52,087 nucleotides of DNA. It comes from a virus. Lineage: Duplodnaviria > Caudoviricetes. The stretch is taken from positions 1-52,087 of IMG/VR virus record IMGVR_UViG_3300024246_000007; one strand, given 5' to 3'. Both the position numbers and the translations under genes were made by a program. Position 1 is the first letter of the stretch. Each line of letters starts with the position of its first letter. Below, piece by piece: positions 16,501-25,207 of this stretch. The notes beneath the pieces are model-generated. The model did no database searches and was not told the origin of the DNA. It saw only the letters and a list, made by a program, of their open reading frames with translations.

Positions 16501-16656
16501 TTACTCGGCCTTTGGTTTGACTGGCTCAGGCCGCACGAACTCCATCAGCTTCTGGGCCTCACCGATCAGCGTCTCCATCGTCACCCCGGTTCCGCCGTGG
16601 TGCTTGATGGCCTGCTCGATCGCCCACGTCCTCAACTGCTCTGCATTGTCCGTCAT
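16501..16656 (-). CDS. 51-aa protein (not in ORF track)
   Basis: MTDNAEQLRTWAIEQAIKHHGG...EPVKPKAE; GGAGG RBS. Confidence 0.6.
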   Translation of the reverse strand: MTDNAEQLRTWAIEQAIKHHGGTGVTMETLIGEAQKLMEFVRPEPVKPKAE

Positions 16657-16657
16657 C

Positions 16658-16942
16658 TCAAATCCTCCGGTCTTTCTCTGCTGCGCGGCGCTTGCGCATG
16701 AGATCGCGCTGATAGGTCTTGCGGTCGAACGTGCCGCGCGGGGCGCGTGTCTTTTTGGCTTCTGACGGGCCGGGCGCTACTCCGGCTGGATCGGATTTAC
16801 GCCCGGTTGTCGCGACCAGTTTGCCCGACCGATCCGAGGGGAACTCTGCGTGTCTGCTTTCCACGCCGCCGTCAGAACTCTTGAAGCCGAGGCCGCGGCA
16901 AACCCTGCCGCAAGCGCCTCCGCAAAATATGCAAATCGCCAT
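16658..16942 (-). CDS. Small protein with Cys-rich N-term and basic C-terminal helix
   Basis: CIFCGGACGRVC ... FDRKTYQRDLMRKRRAA; spans a tRNA-like structure. Confidence 0.5.
   Translation of the reverse strand: MAICIFCGGACGRVCRGLGFKSSDGGVESRHAEFPSDRSGKLVATTGRKSDPAGVAPGPSEAKKTRAPRGTFDRKTYQRDLMRKRRAAEKDRRI
16756..16877 (-). ncRNA. tRNA-like cloverleaf element ending GCCA (not a canonical tRNA)
   Basis: 9-bp acceptor-like stem TTCTGACGG/CCGTCAGAA then GCCA; D-like arm GCGTG/CACGC; long arm GGATCGG/CCGATCC; T-like arm GCCGG/CCGGC. Confidence 0.55.
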
Positions 16943-16945
16943 GAC

Positions 16946-16973
16946 GTTAGTCTAACACATCAGTTAGACTAAC
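16946..16973. repeat. Perfect 11-6-11 inverted repeat
   Basis: GTTAGTCTAAC-ACATCA-GTTAGACTAAC, filling the gap after terL. Confidence 0.85.
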
Positions 16974-16976
16974 CAT

Positions 16977-18467
16977 TCAGATTCTCCGGTCTGCCGTTCG
17001 CTTCGGGCTTGCCTTGGCCCACGCCTCGTCCATGGTCATTTCGTTGGTGCCGCGCATGGGCGCGATTGGCGGTGGCGTCTGGCGCGTGATCATATCGTCG
17101 AGCAGCTGGCCTATCAGTCCCAGCATGTCGACTTGGTCGTCATGCTTGCCGGCTGGGAAGCTCAGCAGCTCGCTCCTGAAATCCGGATACCAAGGCGCCG
17201 CGATCGGAACGTAAAGCCCATCCAGAGCCATACGGCCGCGAATAGATTGGGCCCGAACCGCCTTGTCTCCACGGGTCGGAAACTGCTGCCGATAGACGTA
17301 GGCGCGGCGTCGACGCATTTCCTTATCGATGAACGGGCCTAGTGCAGCCTTGATCTGCCCGGTTTCCTCCGCCCATCCGAGCGGCTTCCAAAGCTTCACC
17401 ATGTCGCAGAGCGCATCGATCCAGACGTCGCCCTGAGATTGGCCGCGCCAGAGATCCAGCAGATACATCCGGTCATCAGGGTCGACGCCAACCACGCCAT
17501 GAACCGTGTAGTCGCCTCCGCCCTCTGTCACGGCATAGTCCGAGGCGCCATAAACCGTGAGCGTCTCAAGCGCCGGCATCTTGGCATATGGCCTCAGCCA
17601 ATCAGCCTTGAAATAATCGCCCTCTTCCGGAGCTGGCCGCTGCTGATAAAGCGCTGACCACATCATCGGCGAGACTTCGCGGCGACGCTTGCGGAGGAAC
17701 TCCCCGTAATTGTACCCCGTGGGATCGTCCCAGAGATATTCGCCTTCTCTGCGCCCTACCGGATCAGCAGGGCCGGCAACGGCCTGAATATCAATGATCT
17801 TCCCGGATACGGTCCCAGCCCTAATGCGGGCTATTTCCCTTCCCGCGACATCCTCATCATGCCAGCGGGTGTTCATCAGGATTCGCTTGGCGCCAGGCTT
17901 CAGACGTCCGCAGAAGTCGTCGCAATACCAGTTCCAGCGCTTTTCGCGCACGGTCTCCGAATAAGCATCCTCCCGTGATCCGAATAGATCGTCACAGAGC
18001 CCGAGATCAGCCCGAAACCCAGATATGCCGACACCGGCGCCAACGCCGTAGTATTCACCACCGGTGATCAGCGACCACCGATCGCTCGCCGCATTGTCAT
18101 TACTGACCGATATCCCGAGCGTCGGCCCATCCAACAGAATGTCGTTCCGGACCTTGCGGCCCCAGCGCTGGGCGAACTCCTGGCTGTGCGTTGCGGCAAG
18201 GATGCTGTTTTCAGGGAATCGGGCCAGATAATGCGGCGGGAACAAAACCGAGAGATACATGCTCTTGGCCGATCCCGGCGGAGCATGCAGCATCAGAACG
18301 TCTAGGCTTGGATCATCGAGGAAGCTCTCAACCTCATGACAGATCAGGCGATGGTGTCTGGCCGGCTCGAAACCCCTGAACCGCGCATACTCAATTAAGT
18401 TGCGACGGATCGACCGGCGCTTTAGTAGTTCCTTCGCCGCTTCTTGAGGCGATATTCGCAAGCTCAT
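16977..18467 (-). CDS. terL: Terminase large subunit
   Basis: 496 aa; Walker A-like APPGSAKS, 'GFRADLGLCDD', 'MNTRWHDED', nuclease 'ASDYA...DYT...GKHDDQVD'. Confidence 0.95.
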   Translation of the reverse strand: MSLRISPQEAAKELLKRRSIRRNLIEYARFRGFEPARHHRLICHEVESFLDDPSLDVLMLHAPPGSAKSMYLSVLFPPHYLARFPENSILAATHSQEFAQRWGRKVRNDILLDGPTLGISVSNDNAASDRWSLITGGEYYGVGAGVGISGFRADLGLCDDLFGSREDAYSETVREKRWNWYCDDFCGRLKPGAKRILMNTRWHDEDVAGREIARIRAGTVSGKIIDIQAVAGPADPVGRREGEYLWDDPTGYNYGEFLRKRRREVSPMMWSALYQQRPAPEEGDYFKADWLRPYAKMPALETLTVYGASDYAVTEGGGDYTVHGVVGVDPDDRMYLLDLWRGQSQGDVWIDALCDMVKLWKPLGWAEETGQIKAALGPFIDKEMRRRRAYVYRQQFPTRGDKAVRAQSIRGRMALDGLYVPIAAPWYPDFRSELLSFPAGKHDDQVDMLGLIGQLLDDMITRQTPPPIAPMRGTNEMTMDEAWAKASPKRTADRRI

Positions 18468-18849
18468 CGTCGGTCACATCACGAGCGCTCTTGAGGTTGA
18501 TCTGGCCAGAATGCTGCACAGCGGAAAGCCTGGCATGGATGAACGGCGCCGCATCCCGAGCACACTCATGCGCCATCTGCCGGAGGCCAGCAGCCTGCTT
18601 CACCTTGGCCAGGAGCGCCTTGAACTGTTCCTCATGGCTCTGACCAAGAGCGCCGACCTGCTCCTCGTTCATGCTCTCGATGACAGCCTCGGCATCCAAT
18701 GCCACCTGCTGGAAGTGCCTCATGTTCTCCAGCATGACGTCGAGCGGAGCCTTACCCTCAGCCAGTGCACGCTCAGCCGTCTCACGGGTGCGCTTTGTAA
18801 CCGCTCCTGCGGGCCGTCCAGCACCGTTCCTCTTGCCACCACGCGCCAT
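18391..18849 (-). CDS. terS: Terminase small subunit
   Basis: 'MARGGKRNGAGRPAG...AAPFIHARL'; immediately upstream of and overlapping terL. Confidence 0.75.
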   Translation of the reverse strand: MARGGKRNGAGRPAGAVTKRTRETAERALAEGKAPLDVMLENMRHFQQVALDAEAVIESMNEEQVGALGQSHEEQFKALLAKVKQAAGLRQMAHECARDAAPFIHARLSAVQHSGQINLKSARDVTDDELANIASRSGEGTTKAPVDPSQLN

Positions 18850-18885
18850 CTGATTATCTTTGATTAAGTTCGATTTTCTTGTGTC

Positions 18886-19143
18886 TTAGGTGTTGGCCGG
18901 GATGTCGGCCTGCAGCTTGGTTGCGGAGGTCTGCAGATCGGTGACGGTCGTGGCGAGCGCCGCGATGTCGTCGGCGCCGAGCGTTGCCCCTGCCGCAACC
19001 TGCCCTTCCAAGGTGCTGATTTGGTCACTCAGACCCTTGATCTGAGCGGAAAGCGCCTGGAGCGCGAGGTCGGCGGACTGCTCGAGCGAGGTGTTCAGCT
19101 TGACCTGATCCAACACCGACTGGACTTGTGCGGAAATCGTCAT
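18886..19143 (-). CDS. Coiled-coil hypothetical protein
   Basis: 85 aa, GAGGA RBS, heptad pattern. Confidence 0.5.
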   Translation of the reverse strand: MTISAQVQSVLDQVKLNTSLEQSADLALQALSAQIKGLSDQISTLEGQVAAGATLGADDIAALATTVTDLQTSATKLQADIPANT

Positions 19144-19538
19144 GAGGATGTCCTCTCGTTCGTTGTGGTGATGGATGTGGAAGTGGTGGTGCACTAGCGT
19201 GCCGTTTTCGGATTTTTATGGTTTTTAAGCCACATATTGAAATGATGTTCGTCACCATGGCCCGAAGCGGTATATGTTGACTGTATATCGCAGCCAATCA
19301 CGCCATGATCCAAATCATATCGGCTAATTTCTGGAGCAAATATCTCGTCAAAATCAATATCAAGAACAGTTCCGAAACCGTTAACAATGAACCAGTTGGT
19401 AAGTAGATCTGGTCTCATCTTTCAATTTCCTGGCGATCCCCCTTGGCTTTCACCAAGGCCGTAAACGAGGGACGAATACGGGGCGGCGGCACGGGGAGGA
19501 GCGAGCCAGCCGGGACCAAACCACAAATCTCGCTTGCG

Positions 19539-19575
19539 ATTATAGTCAGTTGCACTGATTTGGGGCGGGGGCAAG
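19539..19575 (-). promoter_or_regulatory. Candidate late promoter with palindromic regulator site
   Basis: Minus-strand TATAAT (19544-19539) just downstream of TCAGT-GCA-ACTGA palindrome (19546-19558); intergenic, upstream of the terminase operon. Confidence 0.45.
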
Positions 19576-19608
19576 TTTTTCAGGAGTTGTGCACATTTTC
19601 CCGTAATC

Positions 19609-19806
19609 TTAACGCCAAACAGACCAGAGAATTGATCCGAGCAGCGCCAATAGCCATCCCAACCCCCAAAGGATAATTACCAGACGACCAGTGTCGCGCT
19701 GATATGTTCCGATGGCTCGTATATCCGTGATGATGTGATTCATCTTAGGAAGGAGATCGTCATTGATCTTATCAAGCTTCTGAGAGCATCGCTCAAAGGC
19801 GTCCAT
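19609..19806 (-). CDS. Small protein with C-terminal TM helix
   Basis: 65 aa; AGGA RBS. Confidence 0.45.
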   Translation of the reverse strand: MDAFERCSQKLDKINDDLLPKMNHIITDIRAIGTYQRDTGRLVIILWGLGWLLALLGSILWSVWR

Positions 19807-19822
19807 TGGAGTTCCTATTCTG

Positions 19823-20374
19823 CTATCTCATCGCCAGTCCGTAAATCACCGCCATGGTGTCGAGCGCGCCACGGAACCGCTTCCCGAAATAGTCCTCCCA
19901 GCTTCGGCCGGTCAGCCCGCGGGAACCGGCAATGGCCCGCATGGTCCAGCCAAACACCAGAACCTGATGCACGACCGCCGAGCCCTCGATCCCAAGCGCG
20001 GCCTCGATCTTGTTCAACCGGGCTACAATCCTCATGCGGGCCTCGGTGATAGGTTCAGGGAGTGCCCCGCCGTCAACATACTCCTTGCCAGGATCAATCG
20101 CTCTTGGGCCGTTCTCTGCCAATTCAAAGTCCTGTTGAAACATCCTGCCGGCTTGGTACTGCGCTTCAGAAATGGTTTTGCGCGCGTGCTGGTCGCCCAA
20201 GGGGTCGTCACGGGTCGACCTCATGACGACTAGCCGGGCGCCGCGCTCGAGCGGATCGTCGACCTCGATCGGGGCAACATGGCCGCCGATACCTCGGTTG
20301 AACTCAGTCGCGCGGCGATCGTGGATCTTGGCCGCTGCCGGATCGTAGGGCTTTTGGCGCTTAGGGCGGGTCAT
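19823..20374 (-). CDS. Putative late transcription regulator (Q-position gene)
   Basis: 183 aa; 'ISEAQYQAG..F..D', HTH-like C-term 'WTMRAIAG...ALDTMAVIYG'; last early gene before the late promoter. Confidence 0.55.
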   Translation of the reverse strand: MTRPKRQKPYDPAAAKIHDRRATEFNRGIGGHVAPIEVDDPLERGARLVVMRSTRDDPLGDQHARKTISEAQYQAGRMFQQDFELAENGPRAIDPGKEYVDGGALPEPITEARMRIVARLNKIEAALGIEGSAVVHQVLVFGWTMRAIAGSRGLTGRSWEDYFGKRFRGALDTMAVIYGLAMR

Positions 20375-20512
20375 GGTGTTATTCCGAAAATGCTATGCAG
20401 TTGCCAACCAAGAACGATTCCAATCGCAAGAATCATGGTTCCCCAAAGACGGATGACGAGATCGAGAATTTCCTCATCACTCATTTTGTGCCTTTCCATT
20501 CGTGATAGTTCT

Positions 20513-21115
20513 TCAGCCATTCGCGGGATTTTTTGGCTTGAAAGCCAATCCATATTCCGCGTAATGCGCCCGCAAATCGTCCAAGCTCGGTGCCTTGAAT
20601 GTTGGGCCGGGCCGAGGCTCGACCGGCGTCAGGCCAAAATTCTCGCCGTATTTTTCTTTCAGTTCGTCGTAGGTCGGAACCGGTTTATCCGGAGCTGGTA
20701 ACGCCAGTTCATTTCGCTGGCCCCATGTTTCGAAGCGCTGCTTGTTTTGAATTTCAGCCACGCGCTTGTCGCAAGCATCAACGATTTCGGAGATGGTTGG
20801 CGGCCATTTGCAGCCGCGCTGAACGCCCGTGCGAGGATCCGAGACATGGACAATCACGTCGTTCGGATATTGCTCCAGCACCGCTCCAAGGCTCGCCATG
20901 TAGCCGTCCGGATCGCTATACTGATCGGTGCGGTATGCGGAGAAGATTATCCGCTGGCAACGCAGGATCAGGGTTTCCCTCGATTTCGAGCGTTGCAAGT
21001 CTTCGGTCGATTGCGCCGATGAGGCTTCCTGCCCGTGGATTGTCCTGAGTTTTTCCATTGTTCTGCGGTCCTCTCGCGTTCCGAATCCAGTTTCGCCAAG
21101 TCGCATCCCAGTCAA
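20513..21115 (-). CDS. Replication accessory protein (helicase-loader position)
   Basis: Follows the initiator; 'CKWPPTISEI'; true start may be internal (MEKL). Confidence 0.5.
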   Translation of the reverse strand: MTGMRLGETGFGTREDRRTMEKLRTIHGQEASSAQSTEDLQRSKSRETLILRCQRIIFSAYRTDQYSDPDGYMASLGAVLEQYPNDVIVHVSDPRTGVQRGCKWPPTISEIVDACDKRVAEIQNKQRFETWGQRNELALPAPDKPVPTYDELKEKYGENFGLTPVEPRPGPTFKAPSLDDLRAHYAEYGLAFKPKNPANG

Positions 21116-21665
21116 GCTTTGTCCCCCGCTGGCCAGGCTGAGCTTTCCAGTAGTCCTTGAATTTCAACAGTTCTTCGCTGACACGCGCGGCGCCGATCTT
21201 GCAGACAGCCTCGTTGAGATCGATCTGCGCAGGCGTCCAGTCCTCAGCCAGTCGGGCGCCGCGCTTGCGCGCGCTCTCTACTTTCTTCTCTGCTTCTGTA
21301 TCTGTATCTGTATCTGTATCTGTATCTGGGGGCGTTTCTGAAACGTTTCGTTGTTGTTTCCTGAAACGTTTCACTCTCTCTGTTGAAACGTCCGACTTGT
21401 ATTGACGACCGTTCCAATTGTGCGGCGCAAATCCAGTTTCAATCTTGTCTAGCAACGTTGCTTTGACGAGGGTGGAAATGATCTCCGTCGCCTTAGCCGC
21501 TGTCACGCGGAGTTGGATCGCGATATCGTCAAGCGCCGGAAGCGTGCCATTGTTTTTCGACGCCACGCAAAGCAGCGCGGTCCAGTACCAGCGCATAGCC
21601 TCTGGTAGCTTCAGAATCTTCGGATCATTGATCGTATCGTCGTAGAAGCGAAACCAGCGGCTCAT
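20916..21665 (-). CDS. Phage replication initiator / replisome organiser
   Basis: 'WFRFYDDTINDPK', 'HNWNGRQYKSD.STERVKRFR', DT repeat, C-term 'FKDYW...KLDWDATWRNWIR'. Confidence 0.8.
   Translation of the reverse strand: MSRWFRFYDDTINDPKILKLPEAMRWYWTALLCVASKNNGTLPALDDIAIQLRVTAAKATEIISTLVKATLLDKIETGFAPHNWNGRQYKSDVSTERVKRFRKQQRNVSETPPDTDTDTDTDTEAEKKVESARKRGARLAEDWTPAQIDLNEAVCKIGAARVSEELLKFKDYWKAQPGQRGTKLDWDATWRNWIRNARGPQNNGKTQDNPRAGSLIGAIDRRLATLEIEGNPDPALPADNLLRIPHRSV
21295..21391. repeat. Candidate replication origin (iterons inside the initiator gene)
   Basis: (TCTGTA)x5 at 21295-21324; TGAAACGT at 21339, 21362 (palindrome TGAAACGTTTCA) and 21384. Confidence 0.65.
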
Positions 21666-21668
21666 GGA

Positions 21669-21938
21669 TCAGATCATTCCCAGAGCATGCATATAGGTCT
21701 CCAGGACTGTCTCAGCTTCGCGCCTATCGTCTGGATCTTGCCGGCGCATCCTGACAATGGTGCGGAGCGCCTTCACGTCCCAGCCGCCGCTCTTGGCCTC
21801 GGTGTAGACGTCGCGGATGTCGTCTCCGATCGCCTTGCGGTCTTCCTCGAGCCGTTCGACGCGCTCGATGATCGACCGTAGCTGATCCTTGGAGAAGCTA
21901 TTGTGGCCAGCGGCTGGCGCCGTTTGAAGTTCGCTCAT
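21669..21938 (-). CDS. gapR: DUF2312 / GapR-family nucleoid-associated protein
   Basis: 'QLRSIIERVERLEEDRKAIGDDIRDVYTEAKSGGWDVKALRTIVRMR...LETYMHALGM'. Confidence 0.85.
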   Translation of the reverse strand: MSELQTAPAAGHNSFSKDQLRSIIERVERLEEDRKAIGDDIRDVYTEAKSGGWDVKALRTIVRMRRQDPDDRREAETVLETYMHALGMI

Positions 21939-22270
21939 GGGGTTCCTCGTTTTGTGAATATTCACGCAAGGCGACTGAAGCGCCGTCGATCAGGATGTTG
22001 CTGAGGTGCGCCTTTGATATTTCGAAGCGCTGGATTGGACCGTTCCCAACTTGGATATTAAGGACGAAGACACCCGGCGCTGGCGTGGTGAGATAGGCGA
22101 TCTTGGCTTTGGTCATGTGTCCCTCTGTGGCTCGACGCAGGCGCAACCGCAAAGCCAGATGCAATGCGTCGACCATTGGCCGTGATGCGTGCCCTCAAGG
22201 CTCGGCAGCGCCATCCAACCCAAGAGCAGGTAGGACGGCACGCGATCGTGAATGATCCAGCGGTGAAGCG

Positions 22271-22903
22271 TCATTCCGCCGCCTCCTTGAACTTGTCGGT
22301 CTGATTGCCCCAGACGTCCCAGCCCTTACGCGGCGCGCGGGCGAACAGCTCAAGGTAAGGACCGGCCACCAGTTGCTCGATGCGGCCATGAACGCAGTCA
22401 GGCTTGCGGCTGTGCTCGCGGCGCGGCTCGACGATGGCTTGCTTGATCCCGGCGTCCCGACGCTTGGGAGAGCCCCGCGTGGCCAGCAAACACACCTCTG
22501 AATTGGACCGAGTCCAATACCCGAGCGTCATGTGCGGGTCGATATCGTCTTGGAACATCTCGATCTGTCTGGCGTGACCCTTCACCCAACAAAACCCGCA
22601 TGTTTTGTATTCGAAGCCCCACGCCTCGATCGTGCGCAGCGACCATTGCAGGACAGGCCAGCAGGTCCACATGAACAGGACGCAATTGTCAGCGGCTAAT
22701 TCTTCGACCGGCAGAGCGTTCAGATCCGCCTCGCGCATGACCTCATAAGCTGGTTCAGTCGCCCGAGACGGGTAGCTGAATTTCTTCTTCGGCGAAGGTG
22801 TCTTATTGGACCGTCCGGACCACCATGTTTGAAAGGCCCACGGCGGATCCGCGAGGATCGCCCCGTAATGACCGCGCTGCAGCCCATCGAACTGATCGCT
22901 CAA
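22271..22903 (-). CDS. MT-A70 family N6-adenine methyltransferase
   Basis: 'ILADPPW', 'LFMW', 'WGFEYKT', 'EHSRKP', 'YLELFAR...GWDVWGNQ'. Confidence 0.9.
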   Translation of the reverse strand: MSDQFDGLQRGHYGAILADPPWAFQTWWSGRSNKTPSPKKKFSYPSRATEPAYEVMREADLNALPVEELAADNCVLFMWTCWPVLQWSLRTIEAWGFEYKTCGFCWVKGHARQIEMFQDDIDPHMTLGYWTRSNSEVCLLATRGSPKRRDAGIKQAIVEPRREHSRKPDCVHGRIEQLVAGPYLELFARAPRKGWDVWGNQTDKFKEAAE

Positions 22904-22981
22904 GCCGATCTCCTGTGTTTGCGCCGGCCGACTTCCTTGCGCAGCTCGGCCGTCATTTCATGTTTCAAAGCAGCCTCCAGC

Positions 22982-23905
22982 TCAGCGCGGCGAATGGAGC
23001 GCGGCGGCGCCAGGGCCGTGAGAGACTGGAGAAACGCGATCCGGTGAGGTCTTGGAAGGCGCCGCAGCCGGCGCAGCGTTGTGAAGATGTCCATTTCTCT
23101 TTGCCTTTGCCTTGGAGCGGGCTTTAGTCAGCATTCTAGCTTTGATTGACTCGCGCTTGGCCTCGTTAAGCCAATAGATGACGGTGGATGGGTTAAGTCC
23201 CGTGGCCCGCGAGATGGCTGCGTAGGTGAGCTTGGCCATCCGCAGCTCTACGATTGCCTCGCGGCGGGCTGCGCTGATGATGTGGCTCCGGTTGGCGCCG
23301 TAGAACATCGTTGCGGTGATATTGAATTTGGTGCAGATGGCGCGGACGATCCGGCTTTTATCGTCAACATTGTCCTCCGGTGCGGCAGGCGTGTCGGGCC
23401 CCTTTGCCGGCCTCTGCGCGCTTTCCCCTAACAGGATCTTGTCGACGTGGGCCGCATCATAAGCGATCGTCCAATCGTCTCGAGCCAAATCCTTGAACTT
23501 CTGGAACCCGTGCATGACCGATGCATGGTGAAGGCCGAGCGACTTGCCAATCTGGGTGAACTTCTTGCCGGCATAGCGGGCCAGGAACATGAATACCCAC
23601 CGCGGGGCTATTTCTTCGGTCGTACGGCCATCCGGATTGTCCATCTCGTCAAGCGACCGACCGAAGTATTTGGCTACCGCGCACTTGATGTCGAAAATTT
23701 CAGCATCGCTGTCGTTGGAAAGTTTCAATGTCTCGGGCGATGGCCCGTATTCAGGATGTTGTTTCATCAACCGCCGCAGCAGCATCGCACTTGCGATCTG
23801 GTTTCTCGGATGATGGCGCTTTTGATAGTCCATCCCATCGCCTTCCGGTCTCAGCATTGAACAACTTCCTCCTGTTGATAAAACGTTCAAGTCTTTGGCG
23901 GGCAC
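22982..23905 (-). CDS. Protein with two DnaA C-terminal-like HTH domains
   Basis: 'IKCAVAKYFG...R.VFMFLAR...QIGKSLGLHHASVMHG' and 'IVRAICTKFNI...R...ARREA...ISRATGLNPSTVIY'; start uncertain. Confidence 0.65.
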   Translation of the reverse strand: MPAKDLNVLSTGGSCSMLRPEGDGMDYQKRHHPRNQIASAMLLRRLMKQHPEYGPSPETLKLSNDSDAEIFDIKCAVAKYFGRSLDEMDNPDGRTTEEIAPRWVFMFLARYAGKKFTQIGKSLGLHHASVMHGFQKFKDLARDDWTIAYDAAHVDKILLGESAQRPAKGPDTPAAPEDNVDDKSRIVRAICTKFNITATMFYGANRSHIISAARREAIVELRMAKLTYAAISRATGLNPSTVIYWLNEAKRESIKARMLTKARSKAKAKRNGHLHNAAPAAAPSKTSPDRVSPVSHGPGAAALHSPR

Positions 23906-24267
23906 GCCGAGCCCGCCACCATTTCCACAAAGCCCTGATCAACCTCATTCAATTGCCCCCGCAGAGCCGCCAGCTTGGCCAGCTCGTTCGCATGCTCTTG
24001 TTCAACGCGGTTGCACAAATCGCGGTAGGCGTCGCGGATCGATAGAAAAAGCGTGATCCGCGGTTCTTTGACTTCCTGATGGTTCGATAGAAATTTCTTG
24101 AGCCAAGACGAACTGGCCCCGACCTTCTTGGCAACGGCCTCGTAGGCGATTTCCCGCGAGCCGGTGCGGTGTTGCTCCTTCTGGAGCAGGTGGCCGAGTG
24201 CGTGTCGCGTTGCGTCGGTCAAGGCAAGTGCGGACATGGCAGGCGATTCCCTGTCGAAGTTCCTCAT
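23887..24267 (-). CDS. CII-position HTH regulator
   Basis: 'AYEAVAKKVGASSSWLKKF'; downstream of cro. Confidence 0.55.
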   Translation of the reverse strand: MRNFDRESPAMSALALTDATRHALGHLLQKEQHRTGSREIAYEAVAKKVGASSSWLKKFLSNHQEVKEPRITLFLSIRDAYRDLCNRVEQEHANELAKLAALRGQLNEVDQGFVEMVAGSACPPKT

Positions 24268-24909
24268 CTAATTACCTCTGTCATGGTGTCTGAATGCTCC
24301 CATGACGGAGGATGACTTTGTGTTCGAGCCGATCGCAGTTGCCGCCGCTAGGCTCGTCAGACGACTAGAAGACAGACGCTACGGACGGAGCGAAGAACAA
24401 CGCATAGATCACGGCGCCGAGGAAGAAAGGCAGCGCGACAATGCCGAGAGCGAGAAAGGAAAATGCCGTAGTGCGAAGGTTTTCCAGCGCTTGTGAGCCG
24501 GACTCCATGTGAGCCAGGAACTCAGCATGGCTGAGCACGAAACGGGTTTCACCCCTACTGCAAGCCAGCATCACTGAAGGCTCACTCTCTCCGGAATTGA
24601 GAGAGCTATCAAAAAGCGGGGGTGAACTCGGGAAAGGAGGGCCGGCGTCCCCAGCCGGGGCATGAACAAGGGACGCCGGACGCGCGTTAGTCTTGAGGAT
24701 GTTGCGCGCGTTCTGTGCGCAGGCTGGTCCGGGCCCGCGCATATAGTGTTCGTTGGGATGGTAGGAGGTTCCGAAATTACGAGGCATGCGAGATCCCCTC
24801 AACTAAAGTTGTGATTATTTTTCTTGCAACCGGCTGCAATCGATTCCATTGTCATGGTTTCGACACATCCCGGAATGGCCGACATGGGCAACGTTGTGCA
24901 GTTCGCGCG

Positions 24910-25125
24910 TCATGCGCGGGCCTCGTCGGCAGTTAGCGGATACAGGTCAGGGCGAAGCTCATGGCGAGATACGCCAGAGACGCTTTCGACCTTGAGCACC
25001 CGCAAGGGTGGAACCTCGACCCATTGGGACACCGCTTGCGGCGTGACGCCGATCGCCCGGGCGAAGGCCGCTTGCCCCCCGGTTCTCTCGACTGCTCGTT
25101 TGAGTGCTTCTGTTCTGTCGCTCAT
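24910..25125 (-). CDS. cro: Cro/YdaS-like regulator
   Basis: 'GGQAAFARAIGVTPQAVSQW...VSRHELRPDLY'; divergent from the repressor. Confidence 0.85.
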   Translation of the reverse strand: MSDRTEALKRAVERTGGQAAFARAIGVTPQAVSQWVEVPPLRVLKVESVSGVSRHELRPDLYPLTADEARA

Positions 25126-25135
25126 AGTTCGAAAC

Positions 25136-25201
25136 TCAAGCATAGCTTTATATCAAAGTCAAGCGTTGCTTTGTTGTTTCGATCAAGCAGAGCTTTATAA
25201 T
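25136..25201. promoter_or_regulatory. OR-like region: three operators TCAAGC-N3-GCTTT plus repressor promoter -10
   Basis: AAGC-N3-GCTT at 25138, 25161, 25185; TATAAT at 25196-25201; minus-strand TTGACT overlapping the middle operator. Confidence 0.85.
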
Positions 25202-25207
25202 ATTGAA

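Noticed and set aside
16756-16877. Canonical tRNA or tRNA-Sec
   Set aside because: No TTCRA T-loop and no 7-nt anticodon loop; kept only as tRNA-like
12229-18467. Inteins or further introns in portal or terL
   Set aside because: Both frames are continuous, with no intein terminal motifs or group I core sequences noticed
24824-25207. N-terminal 128 aa of the 234-aa repressor ORF
   Set aside because: Overlaps cro antisense and the operators; the HTH starts at ATG 25208
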